Origin: an uncultured Candidatus Saccharibacteria bacterium
Lineage (GTDB): Bacteria; Patescibacteriota; Minisyncoccia; Phycocordibacterales; PALSA-1337
Assembly (NCBI GenBank): GCA_964459225.1
Contig: CAYWKB010000002.1
Span: 2,016-66,015, forward strand
Direction of reading: 5' to 3'
Length of the DNA: 64,000 bases
How positions within the stretch are numbered: position 1 is the first letter of the stretch; each line of letters begins with the position of its first letter. The position numbers and the translations under genes are program-made. Below, piece by piece: positions 37,648 through 48,677 of the stretch. The notes beneath the pieces are model-generated. The model worked only from the letters and a program-made list of their open reading frames with translations. It was not told the origin of the DNA and did no database searches.

Positions 37648-38715
37648 TCACTCTATAACAGCTCCACCTAAACATATTTGCCCATCGTAAAAGACGAGAG
37701 ATTGACCGCTTGAAATAGTGTATTGTGGTTCAGAAAATACTACCGTATTTGAATCAATAAAAGTTATTTCTTGTAATTTTTCCCTATATCTTGATCTTGC
37801 CATTAATTTTTTATTTATTATTTCTTGTCCTGTATTCCAATTTATATTTTTGAGTTTTATTTTACTATTTCCATTTGGCAATACTCCATCTGTATTTTTA
37901 TTTGCAACTGTTATTGTATTTTTATTTATATTCTTTGAGATTACATAATATGGTAAATCATTAGGAGTTTTGTTAAAAATATTAAATCCATGTCTTTCAC
38001 CTATGGTATAGAAAAATGCACCATCATGTTCCCCTATTATTTCATTCTTATCATTTAATACATCTCCCTTTTTTGATTCAATATATTTAGAAAGAAAATC
38101 CTTAATATCTATTTTACCGATAAAACATAATCCCTGACTATCCTTTTTATCTGCATTTGGTAAATTATATTTTTTTGCAATTTTCCTAACTTCTGGCTTT
38201 TCAATATTACCCACAGGGAAAAGTGTTTTACTTAATTGTTCCTGAGTTAATGTCCATAGGAAATATGATTGATCTTTGTTTTGATCTGAACCAGCTATCA
38301 AATGGTATTTATCATTTATTTTATTGATTGATGCATAATGCCCTGTCGCTACATAGTCAGCACCATTTTTAATTGCCCAATCAAAAAATCCGCCAAATTT
38401 AACATATCTATTACACATAACGTCGGGATTTGGCGTCTTTCCATTTTTATATTCTGATATCATATAATCCACAACTTCTTTTTTATATGTATCTTCTAAA
38501 TCAAGGGTTATAAAAGGTATATCAAGTTTTGCCGCTGCTCTCATAGCATCAAGCCTATCTTCCTTCCATGTACAGTTAATCCAATCAGGTTGCCAAACCT
38601 TTATAAACACACCAGTAACATAATATCCCTGATTTTTAAGCAGTAATGCAGATGTGGAGCTATCAACACCACCCGACATACCCACATATACCTTTTTGCC
38701 TTTATTATTTAACAT
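37648..38715 (-). CDS. mnmA: tRNA 2-thiouridylase
   Basis: GMSGGVDSS, TPNPDVMCN, ATGHYA, KDQSYFL, DSQGLCF. Confidence 0.98.
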   Translation of the reverse strand: MLNNKGKKVYVGMSGGVDSSTSALLLKNQGYYVTGVFIKVWQPDWINCTWKEDRLDAMRAAAKLDIPFITLDLEDTYKKEVVDYMISEYKNGKTPNPDVMCNRYVKFGGFFDWAIKNGADYVATGHYASINKINDKYHLIAGSDQNKDQSYFLWTLTQEQLSKTLFPVGNIEKPEVRKIAKKYNLPNADKKDSQGLCFIGKIDIKDFLSKYIESKKGDVLNDKNEIIGEHDGAFFYTIGERHGFNIFNKTPNDLPYYVISKNINKNTITVANKNTDGVLPNGNSKIKLKNINWNTGQEIINKKLMARSRYREKLQEITFIDSNTVVFSEPQYTISSGQSLVFYDGQICLGGAVIE

Positions 38716-38799
38716 AAGTATTTGACTATTGTTGTATTTCAATATATAACCAAAATGACATTTGGGCAATACTATTTCAAAATATCAATAAAAAGATAT

Positions 38800-38828
38800 T
38801 TGACATACAGGGTCATATGGTGTATAAA
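38800..38828 (+). promoter_or_regulatory. Sigma70 promoter of a cassette gene
   Basis: TTGACA-N17-TATAAA. Confidence 0.7.
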
Positions 38829-38851
38829 TATAACAGTAGCACATTCATGTT

Positions 38852-39253
38852 ATGACAAACGCGATAATCGCAGTAGTGCTTTTGGTCGCCTTTATGGCGC
38901 CATATTACAGCACTTCAAGGGAGCAAAGAAGGAAACCATACTTCTTCGCTCACCTTTCGGTGTGGTTGATCTTTACAATCACATTTATCACGCTCAACAA
39001 TGACAGAAAAGTCCAATCGTTGGACTTTCACACTGTACCAAACGGTGTATTTAGTGTCCAAAGGGTCGAAAAGGCCTTCATGGAACATTTATACACAATT
39101 GAAGTGGGCGGAACAAACACATTGCTGAGCCTAGACTCTGCAACGTACTCACAAATTGAAAAAGGTGGAGTCCCCCCATCTAAAATACGGGTAATCGGCA
39201 AAGGCCATATGAGGGAAATCCTCTCCGCCGAAAACTTACTCACCAAGAAGTGA
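38852..39253 (+). CDS. Hypothetical membrane protein (2 N-terminal TM)
   Basis: GC-richer ORF with its own promoter and a CCCCGC/GCGGGG terminator at 39276-39306. Confidence 0.65.
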   Translation: MTNAIIAVVLLVAFMAPYYSTSREQRRKPYFFAHLSVWLIFTITFITLNNDRKVQSLDFHTVPNGVFSVQRVEKAFMEHLYTIEVGGTNTLLSLDSATYSQIEKGGVPPSKIRVIGKGHMREILSAENLLTKK

Positions 39254-39304
39254 GCTTAATTTCAAAAAAAACAAACCCCGCAACCAAAAGTCGCGGGGCC
39301 TTTT

Positions 39305-40270
39305 TTATTTCAATTTATCAATATATTTATTTTTATTTTCTAAATGCTTTGAGTATGTATTTGCGTATCTCATTACTCCATCTGTACCTGATAGGTAAAA
39401 ATAGTAGCTTGATTTTACTGGTTTTAATGCAGCGTCAATTGAATCAATACTAGGATTACTTATCGGTCCCTTGGGTAATCCATCATATAAATATGTATTG
39501 TATGGAGAGTCAATTTTTAAATCCTTAAACGTAAAATTAGTTGCCCTACCTGTAATATAGTAAAAAGGTGCATCGACTTGTAATTTCATTTTTTCATTCA
39601 GTCTTTTCCATAATATGCCCGATACCATTCTTCTTTCGTTATAGTCATTTGTTTCTTTTTCTATTATAGATGCCATAGTAATAATTTCATCTAATGATTT
39701 ATTACTTTTATTTATTTCCTCTTTTAATTTATCTATTTTATTATCAAAATTATCTAGCATTGTATTTATAATTTCTTCAGATTTTACATTTGCATAAAAA
39801 TCATACGTATCAGGATATAAATATCCCTCATGTCTCTTTGCTAAAGAAAGAAATCTGGGAGCATTAAAATCAGGCAGGACTCTTAATAAAATATATGCCA
39901 TATCAAATGTATTTGTGCCTGGGGGAATAGTTATTCTGACTTTTGGTTGATCTTGATATCCCTTAATCATTCTATACAAAATATGTATTAGTCCTTGTTT
40001 ATCGGTAAATCTATAATCTCCTGCATGTATGCCATTTTTACCAGATAAAAAGACAGCCAGAAGTTTAAATGTGAATGCTGAAGAAATTACATTTTTCTTA
40101 TACATTTTATCCGCTATCTTAGATACACCATCACCCCTTTCAACATGAATATTAAATACTCCCTTAGGGAATTGTTTTGGCGGAGTATTAGCAACAACCA
40201 ACATAAAGAAAAATGTCAGTGAAAAAAACAATATTAGACTTAAGGCAAAATATTTTTTGAAAAAATTCAT
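39305..40270 (-). CDS. mltG: Endolytic transglycosylase MltG
   Basis: EGYLYPDTY, MASIIEKE, LQVDA, DSPYNTY..GLPKGPISNP. Confidence 0.95.
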   Translation of the reverse strand: MNFFKKYFALSLILFFSLTFFFMLVVANTPPKQFPKGVFNIHVERGDGVSKIADKMYKKNVISSAFTFKLLAVFLSGKNGIHAGDYRFTDKQGLIHILYRMIKGYQDQPKVRITIPPGTNTFDMAYILLRVLPDFNAPRFLSLAKRHEGYLYPDTYDFYANVKSEEIINTMLDNFDNKIDKLKEEINKSNKSLDEIITMASIIEKETNDYNERRMVSGILWKRLNEKMKLQVDAPFYYITGRATNFTFKDLKIDSPYNTYLYDGLPKGPISNPSIDSIDAALKPVKSSYYFYLSGTDGVMRYANTYSKHLENKNKYIDKLK

Positions 40271-40285
40271 ATCTGTATTTCAGTA

Positions 40286-41563
40286 TTAAATAGGTAAATT
40301 TGCAGGAGCCTGACTCTTTTTTGATGCTACTCTGTCTAAGTTTGGAGTTCCAGCTACAGCACCTGGGAAATGGAATATTGTAGCAAGCTCCTCTGAATTT
40401 AATACAAATGGAGTTTCTTCTACTGGTTCATAAAAATACATTCTACGCTTATATGCATTTAGTGCCTCACCACGCATTTTGTTTTGTCTATAATCCTTAA
40501 AGTCCTGCCATGGATAACTAAATGAAGGACTGTATTTATCACCGTTTGGTTTAAAGCCGTTTAGATTTTCTGATCCAAATTGTTTGAAACTTCCCAAAAT
40601 CTTTCCAGCATTTGAACCATCAAATACATCTTTTTTGGCTATATACAATGCACGTATACCCACATCAAAGGGTAACTTTGTAATACTCCTTTCAAGTGCC
40701 TCAACAATACTTTGTTCTCCCTTTGAAATTGTTGGTAATTTACTAAATCCAGTTTCTTCATCCTTCATTCCTGAGACTTTTGTTTTTGGATCACGCATCA
40801 ATATCTTATCTATTTCCTCCTTTGCTTCATCAATCCATTTATCAGTTGTCTTCCATAAATGTCCTGCTTTTATTTGCTCCTTTTTATGTGCTCTTATTAT
40901 TATTTGTATCCAAGTTTGCTGATTATTACCAACACTTCCCAAATATTCAATTAAAGGTGTTAATGGATCTACCTTAAATTCCTCTTTTGGATCTTTATCA
41001 AGCCCATAGTCAACATAAGTTTTAATTGGATATGGATCTGGCTTAGTTAACATCATTTGTACAGCAAAAATATTATTTTCTTTTGGATCAAAATGAACAT
41101 CTTTTGTATAGTCTGGAACTACGGTTATTTCTATTCCTGGAAACTGAGCATACATACTTGTTTCGATAAAGCTTCGTTGTGAATCTCTAGTCCAAATAAA
41201 AAACTTAACCTGACCATTAATTGAAACCATTTCAAGTGAAAACCATGGTCTAGTCTTACCCAACCAGTATTTATCATACCAAGTACCCTCACCACCAGTT
41301 TGATGAAGTGAAGTTAAAAACAATTCCATAGCATGAGGCGATCTAAAATGATCTTTTGGAATTTTAATTTCAATAAGTGAAGTCTTTTGACTTAAGAAAA
41401 AACTAGACCTAACATAATTGACCCATAATGGCCAAAATATAAGTAGTAAAATAAAACATAATATTACAGGAGAAGCAGCTATTATGATTTGTACGACATT
41501 ATTACTAACATCACCGGTTGCGATTTTGACTATTTCGATATAGATATCACTTAAACTCATCAT
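40286..41563 (-). CDS. Membrane-anchored conserved hypothetical protein
   Basis: N-terminal TM; LIEIKIP, FSLEMVS, YPIKTY and LNSEELATIFHFP segments; function unknown. Confidence 0.7.
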   Translation of the reverse strand: MMSLSDIYIEIVKIATGDVSNNVVQIIIAASPVILCFILLLIFWPLWVNYVRSSFFLSQKTSLIEIKIPKDHFRSPHAMELFLTSLHQTGGEGTWYDKYWLGKTRPWFSLEMVSINGQVKFFIWTRDSQRSFIETSMYAQFPGIEITVVPDYTKDVHFDPKENNIFAVQMMLTKPDPYPIKTYVDYGLDKDPKEEFKVDPLTPLIEYLGSVGNNQQTWIQIIIRAHKKEQIKAGHLWKTTDKWIDEAKEEIDKILMRDPKTKVSGMKDEETGFSKLPTISKGEQSIVEALERSITKLPFDVGIRALYIAKKDVFDGSNAGKILGSFKQFGSENLNGFKPNGDKYSPSFSYPWQDFKDYRQNKMRGEALNAYKRRMYFYEPVEETPFVLNSEELATIFHFPGAVAGTPNLDRVASKKSQAPANLPI

Positions 41564-41593
41564 GTTATAAATTATTATAACATGAGTTATGTA

Positions 41594-42640
41594 TTATGCC
41601 TCAACCTTGACTTCGATTAGTTCGTATTTACCGTCTTTATTTTTCTTAAAATGCTTTTGGTTTTGGAGATTAACCATAATAGTATTTTCCTTTACATATC
41701 TTTCCTTCATAACCTTATCGATTATTTCTTCTTTTGTAAGAGGTCCATACTTTTCTAGAATATTTTTGATAACATCTTTAACAACTCCAGACATATAACC
41801 CCATTCACGAAGTGCATATAATCCACGTCCAACAAGTACAAATCTCTTGTCTTTGATAAGTTCATTATGTGTTGTAGCGATATGTGCCTTTTTCTTAAAT
41901 ACTTGAGTTATTTGTTTTGCAACTTCTTTAAAGTGTATTGGTGAACCATGCTTTCTTATTACTAGAAAGGCGTAATCTCTCATACCCTTAGTCTTTATAT
42001 TTGGTGAATGTGCAACTCCCCACTCTCCTATTGCATTTTTACCTAAATTTTTAGAAAGTGATAACCATCTTTTAACAATTTCTTGATTTTTATATTTTTC
42101 TGAAACATTCTCAAGATGTCCTAGGAATTTACTTACTATTTCTGATTCAACTAACAAATCATCATCAGAAAGACCTCCGTATAGTTTGCGTAGCGAATCT
42201 TCGACTTGCTTTGCAAGATCTTCATTTACATGCCATCTGTGCTTGAATTCGTCATCCTCCTTTCTCTTTTTAAATACATCTCCAATAACCAAAACAAAGT
42301 GTATATGGTTTTGTAATGACTGATCCTTTGCCATATGACCTAGGAAATCTTCTTCAACGACTATTCCTCCTAGACTATGTAGTAATCCCTCAATTTCAGT
42401 AAATACTGCCTTTTCAGCTTTATAAGCATCTGACTTTCTTATATTTGTTAATGCGTAGTTTTCGATTTGGCGAACTCTCTCACGAGTAATACCATATAGT
42501 TTACCTATAGCATCTAGTGTCATTTTTTCGGTATCTTTACCTAGACCATATCTTTTAACCAATACCTCGCGAGCGCGATCTGGTAATGTAGCAAGTAGTC
42601 TTTTTGTTGTTTGTTTTGGTTTAAATTGATATGTTGCCAT
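41594..42640 (-). CDS. Sigma70 region-4 HTH fused to C-terminal winged-helix domains
   Basis: RYGL..MTLDAIGKLYGITRERVRQIE; C-terminal PIHFKEV..HNELIKDKRFVLVGRGLYAL. Confidence 0.85.
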   Translation of the reverse strand: MATYQFKPKQTTKRLLATLPDRAREVLVKRYGLGKDTEKMTLDAIGKLYGITRERVRQIENYALTNIRKSDAYKAEKAVFTEIEGLLHSLGGIVVEEDFLGHMAKDQSLQNHIHFVLVIGDVFKKRKEDDEFKHRWHVNEDLAKQVEDSLRKLYGGLSDDDLLVESEIVSKFLGHLENVSEKYKNQEIVKRWLSLSKNLGKNAIGEWGVAHSPNIKTKGMRDYAFLVIRKHGSPIHFKEVAKQITQVFKKKAHIATTHNELIKDKRFVLVGRGLYALREWGYMSGVVKDVIKNILEKYGPLTKEEIIDKVMKERYVKENTIMVNLQNQKHFKKNKDGKYELIEVKVEA

Positions 42641-42706
42641 GCAAATTGTTTATTAATGTTTAATCATACTACATTATCATTGTTATAATGTCAAACCCAC
42701 CATCTT

Positions 42707-45568
42707 TTACAATACAATATTTATAACTTTATTCTTTATTACTATCACTTTTTTAATCTCTTGTCCACTAATCCATTTTTGTATTTCAGGCTTATTGATA
42801 GCCATATTTTCGACTTCCTTATCATTTAGATCGGGCACAGTTTCCATAGTGCCTCTGACCTTTCCATTTATCTGTATCACCATCTTTACCTTATCTGTTT
42901 TATTGACATTTTCACTAAAATCGGGCCACTTAATCTCATGTATGCTATTTGTATTACCTAACACTTCCCATAATTCTTCTGTTATATGTGGCGCAAAAGG
43001 TGAAAGAAGTTTTATAAATATCTCATAATTTTCTTTTGAAATATTTTTTTGTTTTTCAAATTCATTTAACATTATCATCAAACTACTTATCGCTGTATTG
43101 AATTTCATTTCCTCAATATCATCGCCAACCTTTTTAATTGTTTTATTTAATAGCTCATTAAATGAATTTTCAGAATCTGAATTTATTTTTTCTTTTAATT
43201 TCCAAACTCTTTCCAAAAATCTTCTAGACCCCGCTATAGCATTTGAATCCCAAGCAATTGGTTGATCAAATGGACCCATAAACATTTCATGAACTCTTAA
43301 TGTATCCGCACCCACCTTTTCAATTATTTCGTCTGGATTAACGACATTTCCTTTTGACTTAGACATCTTTTCACCACTACCTGCCAATATAAGCCCATGT
43401 GAGGTGCGTTTTTTGTATGGTTCACTTGTTGGAACAAGCTTAATATCATAAAGGAATTTATGCCAAAATCTTGAGTACAAGAGGTGTAGAGTTGTATGCT
43501 CCATTCCACCGTTATACCAATCAACTTGATTCCAGTATTTTATACTTTCTTCACTGAAAATTCTTTCATCATTATGCGCGTCCATATATCTCAAATAATA
43601 CCAGCTAGATCCTGCCCAATTTGGCATTGTATCTGTTTCCCTTTTTGCATCTCCTCCGCATTTTGGACACTTAGTATTTACCCAATCTGGAATACTAGAT
43701 AATGGAGATTCACCATTATCAGTTGGCTTGTAGTTAGGAACTTCAGGTAACTCTAATGGTAATTCCTTTTCTGGAATTGGGACAATTCCACATCTGTCAC
43801 AGTGAACTACAGGTATAGGCTCTCCCCAATATCTTTGACGAGAAAATATCCAATCACGGAGTTTGAAGTTTGTGACCCATTTACCATTCACAAAACTTGT
43901 AATTTCCTTTTTTATTTCTTCTGAATTTTTACCATCAAATTTATCTGAGTTAATTATTTTACCCTCACCGAAATAACAATAGTTACCAGTAATTAACCTG
44001 TTCCAAAATAAATATAAATATCTTTGATCACCACCGTTTAGTGGGGCGGATTTTATAAAATTTAAAACTTCTTCTTTAGGAATCCATTTTATTTCGTGCT
44101 TAGAGTTTTCATCGGCATTTATTTCATCCTTATCACCATTTTGTAACTCATAATATAGTCCATAACCTTCAATATTCTGATTTCTGTCCTTATGTGGAGC
44201 ATAAAAACTTGAAAAGTATTTTTCACCTAATTGCTTTATAAATTTAATATTTTTGTAACCCGTCTCTTCTTGTATTTCTCTTATCCCACCCATCTCAGGT
44301 GATTCACCCTCTTCTATACCACCTGTTACAAAAGTCTTCCATTTATTTACTTTCCAATCCAAACAAATATATTTATCTTCTGACCAATGTTTTACTATTG
44401 ATATTGCAACCTTCCTATCTACAGTCTTTGCATTATCTCTAATCTTGCATTCATCACTTATATCAATATAGTGTGGTGCAACCACATTTATAATCTCTAG
44501 ACTGTATTTTTTTGCAAAATCCCAATCTCTTTCATCATGTGCTGGCACTGCCATTACTGCTCCAGTACCATATTCAGATAATACATAATCAGCAATCCAA
44601 ATAGGGATTTCTTTATTATTTGCTGGATTAATTGCCTTTATACCCTTCAATTCAATTCCGGTCTTTTCTGATTTTGAATCTGTTCTTTCTATTTCAGTTT
44701 TACTTTTAACTTCTTGTATGTATTTTTTAACTTCATCTAAATTTTTGATTTTATCGCCAAATTCATTTAATATTTTATTTTCTGGAGACAATACCAAATA
44801 GGTTACACCGAATATTGTATCTGGTCTTGTTGTAAAAACTTTTATATTTTTATCGCTATTTAAGATATTGAAAGAAATCTCCGCCCCCTCACTCTTTCCT
44901 ATCCAATTTCTTTGTTGTATTTTTATTTTTTCTAAAAATTCAGTATCATCTAAATCTTTATCCAATCTTTCTGCGTATTTTGTAATTGCCAACATCCACT
45001 GTTCCTTTTCCCTTTTTTCTACTTTTGTACCACATCTTTCACAACATCCATTTACGACTTCTTCATTTGCAAGACCTATTAAGTCTTTTGGACACCAATT
45101 TATTGTCATCTTTTTCTTGTATGCAAGACCTGCTTCTAACATTTTCAAAAATATCCATTGTGTCCATTTATAATATTTCGGATCTGTTGTATTAATTTCT
45201 CTATCCCAATCAAATGAAAAACCTAAAGACTTTAATTGCCTTCTAAATGTATCTGTATTTTGTTTTGTCACTATCTTTGGTGAAATACCAGTCTTAATTG
45301 CATAGTTTTCGGTTGGCAATCCGAAAGCATCCCAACCTATTGGATATAACACATTGTAACCCTCGGCTCTGCGCTTGCGAGATATTATATCCATTGCAGT
45401 ATTGCTCCTTATATGTCCAACATGCAAACCATTTCCTGATGGATATGGGAATTCTATTAGTGAATAGAACTTTTTTTTATTTTTATCCTCAGTTGCTTTA
45501 TTTGGCTTTGTTTCTTCCCATATCTTCTGCCATTTATCCTCTATTTTTTTATGATCATAATTATTCAT
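42707..45568 (-). CDS. leuS: Leucyl-tRNA synthetase with an inserted Nudix domain
   Basis: FPYPSG.GLHVGH, GTGAVMAVPAHD, DWIFSRQRYWG, KMSKS; internal Nudix box. Confidence 0.97.
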   Translation of the reverse strand: MNNYDHKKIEDKWQKIWEETKPNKATEDKNKKKFYSLIEFPYPSGNGLHVGHIRSNTAMDIISRKRRAEGYNVLYPIGWDAFGLPTENYAIKTGISPKIVTKQNTDTFRRQLKSLGFSFDWDREINTTDPKYYKWTQWIFLKMLEAGLAYKKKMTINWCPKDLIGLANEEVVNGCCERCGTKVEKREKEQWMLAITKYAERLDKDLDDTEFLEKIKIQQRNWIGKSEGAEISFNILNSDKNIKVFTTRPDTIFGVTYLVLSPENKILNEFGDKIKNLDEVKKYIQEVKSKTEIERTDSKSEKTGIELKGIKAINPANNKEIPIWIADYVLSEYGTGAVMAVPAHDERDWDFAKKYSLEIINVVAPHYIDISDECKIRDNAKTVDRKVAISIVKHWSEDKYICLDWKVNKWKTFVTGGIEEGESPEMGGIREIQEETGYKNIKFIKQLGEKYFSSFYAPHKDRNQNIEGYGLYYELQNGDKDEINADENSKHEIKWIPKEEVLNFIKSAPLNGGDQRYLYLFWNRLITGNYCYFGEGKIINSDKFDGKNSEEIKKEITSFVNGKWVTNFKLRDWIFSRQRYWGEPIPVVHCDRCGIVPIPEKELPLELPEVPNYKPTDNGESPLSSIPDWVNTKCPKCGGDAKRETDTMPNWAGSSWYYLRYMDAHNDERIFSEESIKYWNQVDWYNGGMEHTTLHLLYSRFWHKFLYDIKLVPTSEPYKKRTSHGLILAGSGEKMSKSKGNVVNPDEIIEKVGADTLRVHEMFMGPFDQPIAWDSNAIAGSRRFLERVWKLKEKINSDSENSFNELLNKTIKKVGDDIEEMKFNTAISSLMIMLNEFEKQKNISKENYEIFIKLLSPFAPHITEELWEVLGNTNSIHEIKWPDFSENVNKTDKVKMVIQINGKVRGTMETVPDLNDKEVENMAINKPEIQKWISGQEIKKVIVIKNKVINIVL

Positions 45569-45587
45569 GTGTAATGATAATACAATA

Positions 45588-47612
45588 TTATTTATTAATT
45601 GTGAATTTCTTTTTAATTGCAAGTATCTCATCTCTTATGAGGGCTGCGGTTTCAAAGTCTAATTCCTTTACCGCCTCTTCCATCGCCTTTTCTTTTTCTT
45701 TTATAAACTTTTCTGAATTGTTTTTTGCTAACTCCTCATCTATCCTTACCAATTCATTTACGGCTTTATCATGATCGCTACGCAGTTCATCTGTTATATC
45801 CTGTATTTTCTTTATAATTGTCTTTGGAGTAATTCCATTCTTTTTATTATATTCTATTTGTATATTTCTTCTTCTTTCTGTTTCTCTTATTGCATATTCT
45901 AATGTCTCATTCATTTTATCTGCATAAAGTATTACTCTACCATTTATATTTCTTGCTGCACGACCTATTATTTGTATAAGTGATGTTTCAGAACGCAAAA
46001 ATCCTGCTTTATCTGCATCCAGTATTCCAATTAGGGATACTTCTGGTAAATCTAGTCCTTCGCGCAGGAGATTAACTCCAACAAGCACATCGAATTTACC
46101 TTTTCTAAAATCAGTGAGTATTGTTATTCTATCTATTGTCTTTATATCACTATGCAAATATTCTGATTTAATTCCTTTTTCTTTCAAAAATTCACTCAAA
46201 TCTTCCGCCATCTTTTTGGTTAATGTTGTAGCTATTACTCTATCCCCTTTTTTAATTACTTTTTCTGCTTCTTCAATAAAATCAAAAATCTGGCTTTTAT
46301 TTTTACCTTTAACTTCTGCAACTGGATGAACATCTATAACTGGATCAATAAGTCCTGTTGGGCGTATTATTTGCTCAATTATCTGATCACTATTTTCTTT
46401 TTCAAATTTACCTGGTGTTGCTGTAGTGTATATAACTTGATTTACCGCATTTTCAAATTCCTCAAATTTCATAGGTCTATTATCCCTCGCTGATGGAAGT
46501 CTAAAACCAAAATCAATAAGTGTCTTTTTCCTCGATGCATCTCCTGCATACATACCGCCAAGTTGAGGAACTGTAACATGCGATTCATCAATAACAGTCA
46601 AAAAATCTGGTGTACCATCTGCTTTATGTGGAAAATATGACAAAAGTGAATCAGGCGCCTCACCTGCTTTTTTACCTGAAAAATGCCTTGAATAGTTTTC
46701 GATTCCATTACAATATCCAACCTCACGTATTAATGCCAAATCATATTTCACTCTTCTCTTTAATCTTTCTGCCTCCAGATTTTTCCCTTCCTTTTCTAAT
46801 TCTTTTAATCTCTGTTCTAATTCTTTTTTTATACTTTCAAATGCTTTTTTTGATTGTTCTTCTGTACTTATGAAATGTTTTGCAGGAAAAAGAAAAACAC
46901 TTTCATGATCTGCTTTAATATTCATTGTGACAGGATCAAGCTCTATAATATTTGAAATAATATTTCCATCATATTGAATACGATAAACAGTTTTATCATT
47001 CACTGGCATAATCTCAACCATATTTCCTATAGCTCGGAATTGGCCGGCATTTAGATCTGCATTTGTTCTTTCAAAATGAATATCTATAAGTTTTCTAATC
47101 ATTTCATTTCTTGGAATTTCCATTCCTTTTTCAATTTTCAAATTCACCTTTAAATATTCCTCGGGACTTCCAAGACCATAAATACAAGAAACAGATGCAA
47201 CTATTATCACATCTTTCCTTGTTAGTAATGCTTGAGTTGAGGCATGACGTAATCTGTCTATTTCTTCATTTATCATTGCCTCCTTTTCAATATATGTATC
47301 AGTCACTGGCATATATGCCTCAGGTTGATAGTAGTCATAATATGATACAAAATAATGCACGGCATTTTCCTTGAAAAATTCCCTATACTCCTGAGCAAGC
47401 TGTGCAGCGAGAGTTTTGTTATGTGCAATAACTAGAGTGGGTTTACCATGATTTGCAATCACATTTGCCATAGTAAATGTCTTTCCAGATCCGGTAACAC
47501 CAAAAAGGGTTTGTTTTTTGAAACCCTTTTCTAGTCCCGTGGTTAAAGCCTTTATTGCCTTTGGTTGATCCCCTGCCGGACTCATATCCTTTGATAATTT
47601 GAATATAGACAT
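45588..47612 (-). CDS. uvrB: Excinuclease ABC subunit B
   Basis: GVTGSGKT, SYYDYYQPEAY, DESH, NLLREGLDLPEV, C-terminal UVR motif. Confidence 0.99.
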   Translation of the reverse strand: MSIFKLSKDMSPAGDQPKAIKALTTGLEKGFKKQTLFGVTGSGKTFTMANVIANHGKPTLVIAHNKTLAAQLAQEYREFFKENAVHYFVSYYDYYQPEAYMPVTDTYIEKEAMINEEIDRLRHASTQALLTRKDVIIVASVSCIYGLGSPEEYLKVNLKIEKGMEIPRNEMIRKLIDIHFERTNADLNAGQFRAIGNMVEIMPVNDKTVYRIQYDGNIISNIIELDPVTMNIKADHESVFLFPAKHFISTEEQSKKAFESIKKELEQRLKELEKEGKNLEAERLKRRVKYDLALIREVGYCNGIENYSRHFSGKKAGEAPDSLLSYFPHKADGTPDFLTVIDESHVTVPQLGGMYAGDASRKKTLIDFGFRLPSARDNRPMKFEEFENAVNQVIYTTATPGKFEKENSDQIIEQIIRPTGLIDPVIDVHPVAEVKGKNKSQIFDFIEEAEKVIKKGDRVIATTLTKKMAEDLSEFLKEKGIKSEYLHSDIKTIDRITILTDFRKGKFDVLVGVNLLREGLDLPEVSLIGILDADKAGFLRSETSLIQIIGRAARNINGRVILYADKMNETLEYAIRETERRRNIQIEYNKKNGITPKTIIKKIQDITDELRSDHDKAVNELVRIDEELAKNNSEKFIKEKEKAMEEAVKELDFETAALIRDEILAIKKKFTINK

Positions 47613-47662
47613 AGTGTGAATACTATATCATAACTAAAATAGTATAACTATTGTAATTTACA

Positions 47663-48676
47663 TTATGAGACCTTTCTTAATAAAACCTTTTTGATTGATT
47701 CTTTAATATGCTTTTCACCCATTCCATAATGTTCTAGTAATTCTTGTGGTTTACCTGATTGACCGAATTTGTCTTTTACACCAATAAATTCCATAGGTAC
47801 TGGATAATGTCTTGCTAAACATTCAGATACAGCGGAACCCATTCCTCCTGCTATTTGATGCTCTTCTACAGTAACTATTGCTCCTGCTTCATGTGCTAAT
47901 CTCCATACTGATTCCTCATCTAGTGGTTTAATAGTAGAAAGATTTAACACTTTAATTTTGATTTCATCTTTTAAATCATTTGCAACTTTTAATGCCTTGT
48001 GAACAAGTGCTCCAGTTGCAATAATTCCCACTTGAGGACGAATATCATTTCCTTTATTGTCTTTTGGACTAAATAAAATCTGCGCCTTACCTATTTCAAA
48101 TGGAGTTTCATTTGTTGTTATTATCGGTGTCTTTTCGCGTGCGAGACGAATATATGTTGGATGTTTTGTTTTTGCACATACTATAACTGCTTTTCTTGCC
48201 TCTATAGCATCACATGGAGATATCACTACCATATTTGGTATAACTCTAGTTATGGCAATATCCTCTATTGCTTGATGAGTTCCACCATCAGGACCGACAG
48301 ACACGCCAGCATGTGAACCCGCTATTTTAACAGCTCTATCGTTATAGCAAATTGTCGTTCTAATCTGTTCCCAATTTCTCCCTGGGCTAAACATGGCATA
48401 AGAAGTTATAAAAGGTATTTTACCCATTGCTGCCATACCCGATGCGACACTGGCCATATTTTGCTCAGCCACACCCATTTCAAAAAATCTATTCGGAAAT
48501 TTATCCTTAAATAAATGCATATTTGTAGATTCCAAAAGATCAGCGCAGAGTCCTACAACATTTTTGTCCATTTCACCCGCAATAACTAAACCCTCACCAA
48601 ATCCCTTTCTAATAGGAAATTGTTCAACATCAGTATCAAATATTTTTGGATTTAGTTTTTGATTTGGGTTTAGCAT
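47663..48676 (-). CDS. Transketolase, C-terminal subunit
   Basis: MGVAEQNM, GPDGGTHQ, VTVEEH. Confidence 0.95.
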   Translation of the reverse strand: MLNPNQKLNPKIFDTDVEQFPIRKGFGEGLVIAGEMDKNVVGLCADLLESTNMHLFKDKFPNRFFEMGVAEQNMASVASGMAAMGKIPFITSYAMFSPGRNWEQIRTTICYNDRAVKIAGSHAGVSVGPDGGTHQAIEDIAITRVIPNMVVISPCDAIEARKAVIVCAKTKHPTYIRLAREKTPIITTNETPFEIGKAQILFSPKDNKGNDIRPQVGIIATGALVHKALKVANDLKDEIKIKVLNLSTIKPLDEESVWRLAHEAGAIVTVEEHQIAGGMGSAVSECLARHYPVPMEFIGVKDKFGQSGKPQELLEHYGMGEKHIKESIKKVLLRKVS

Positions 48677-48677
48677 A

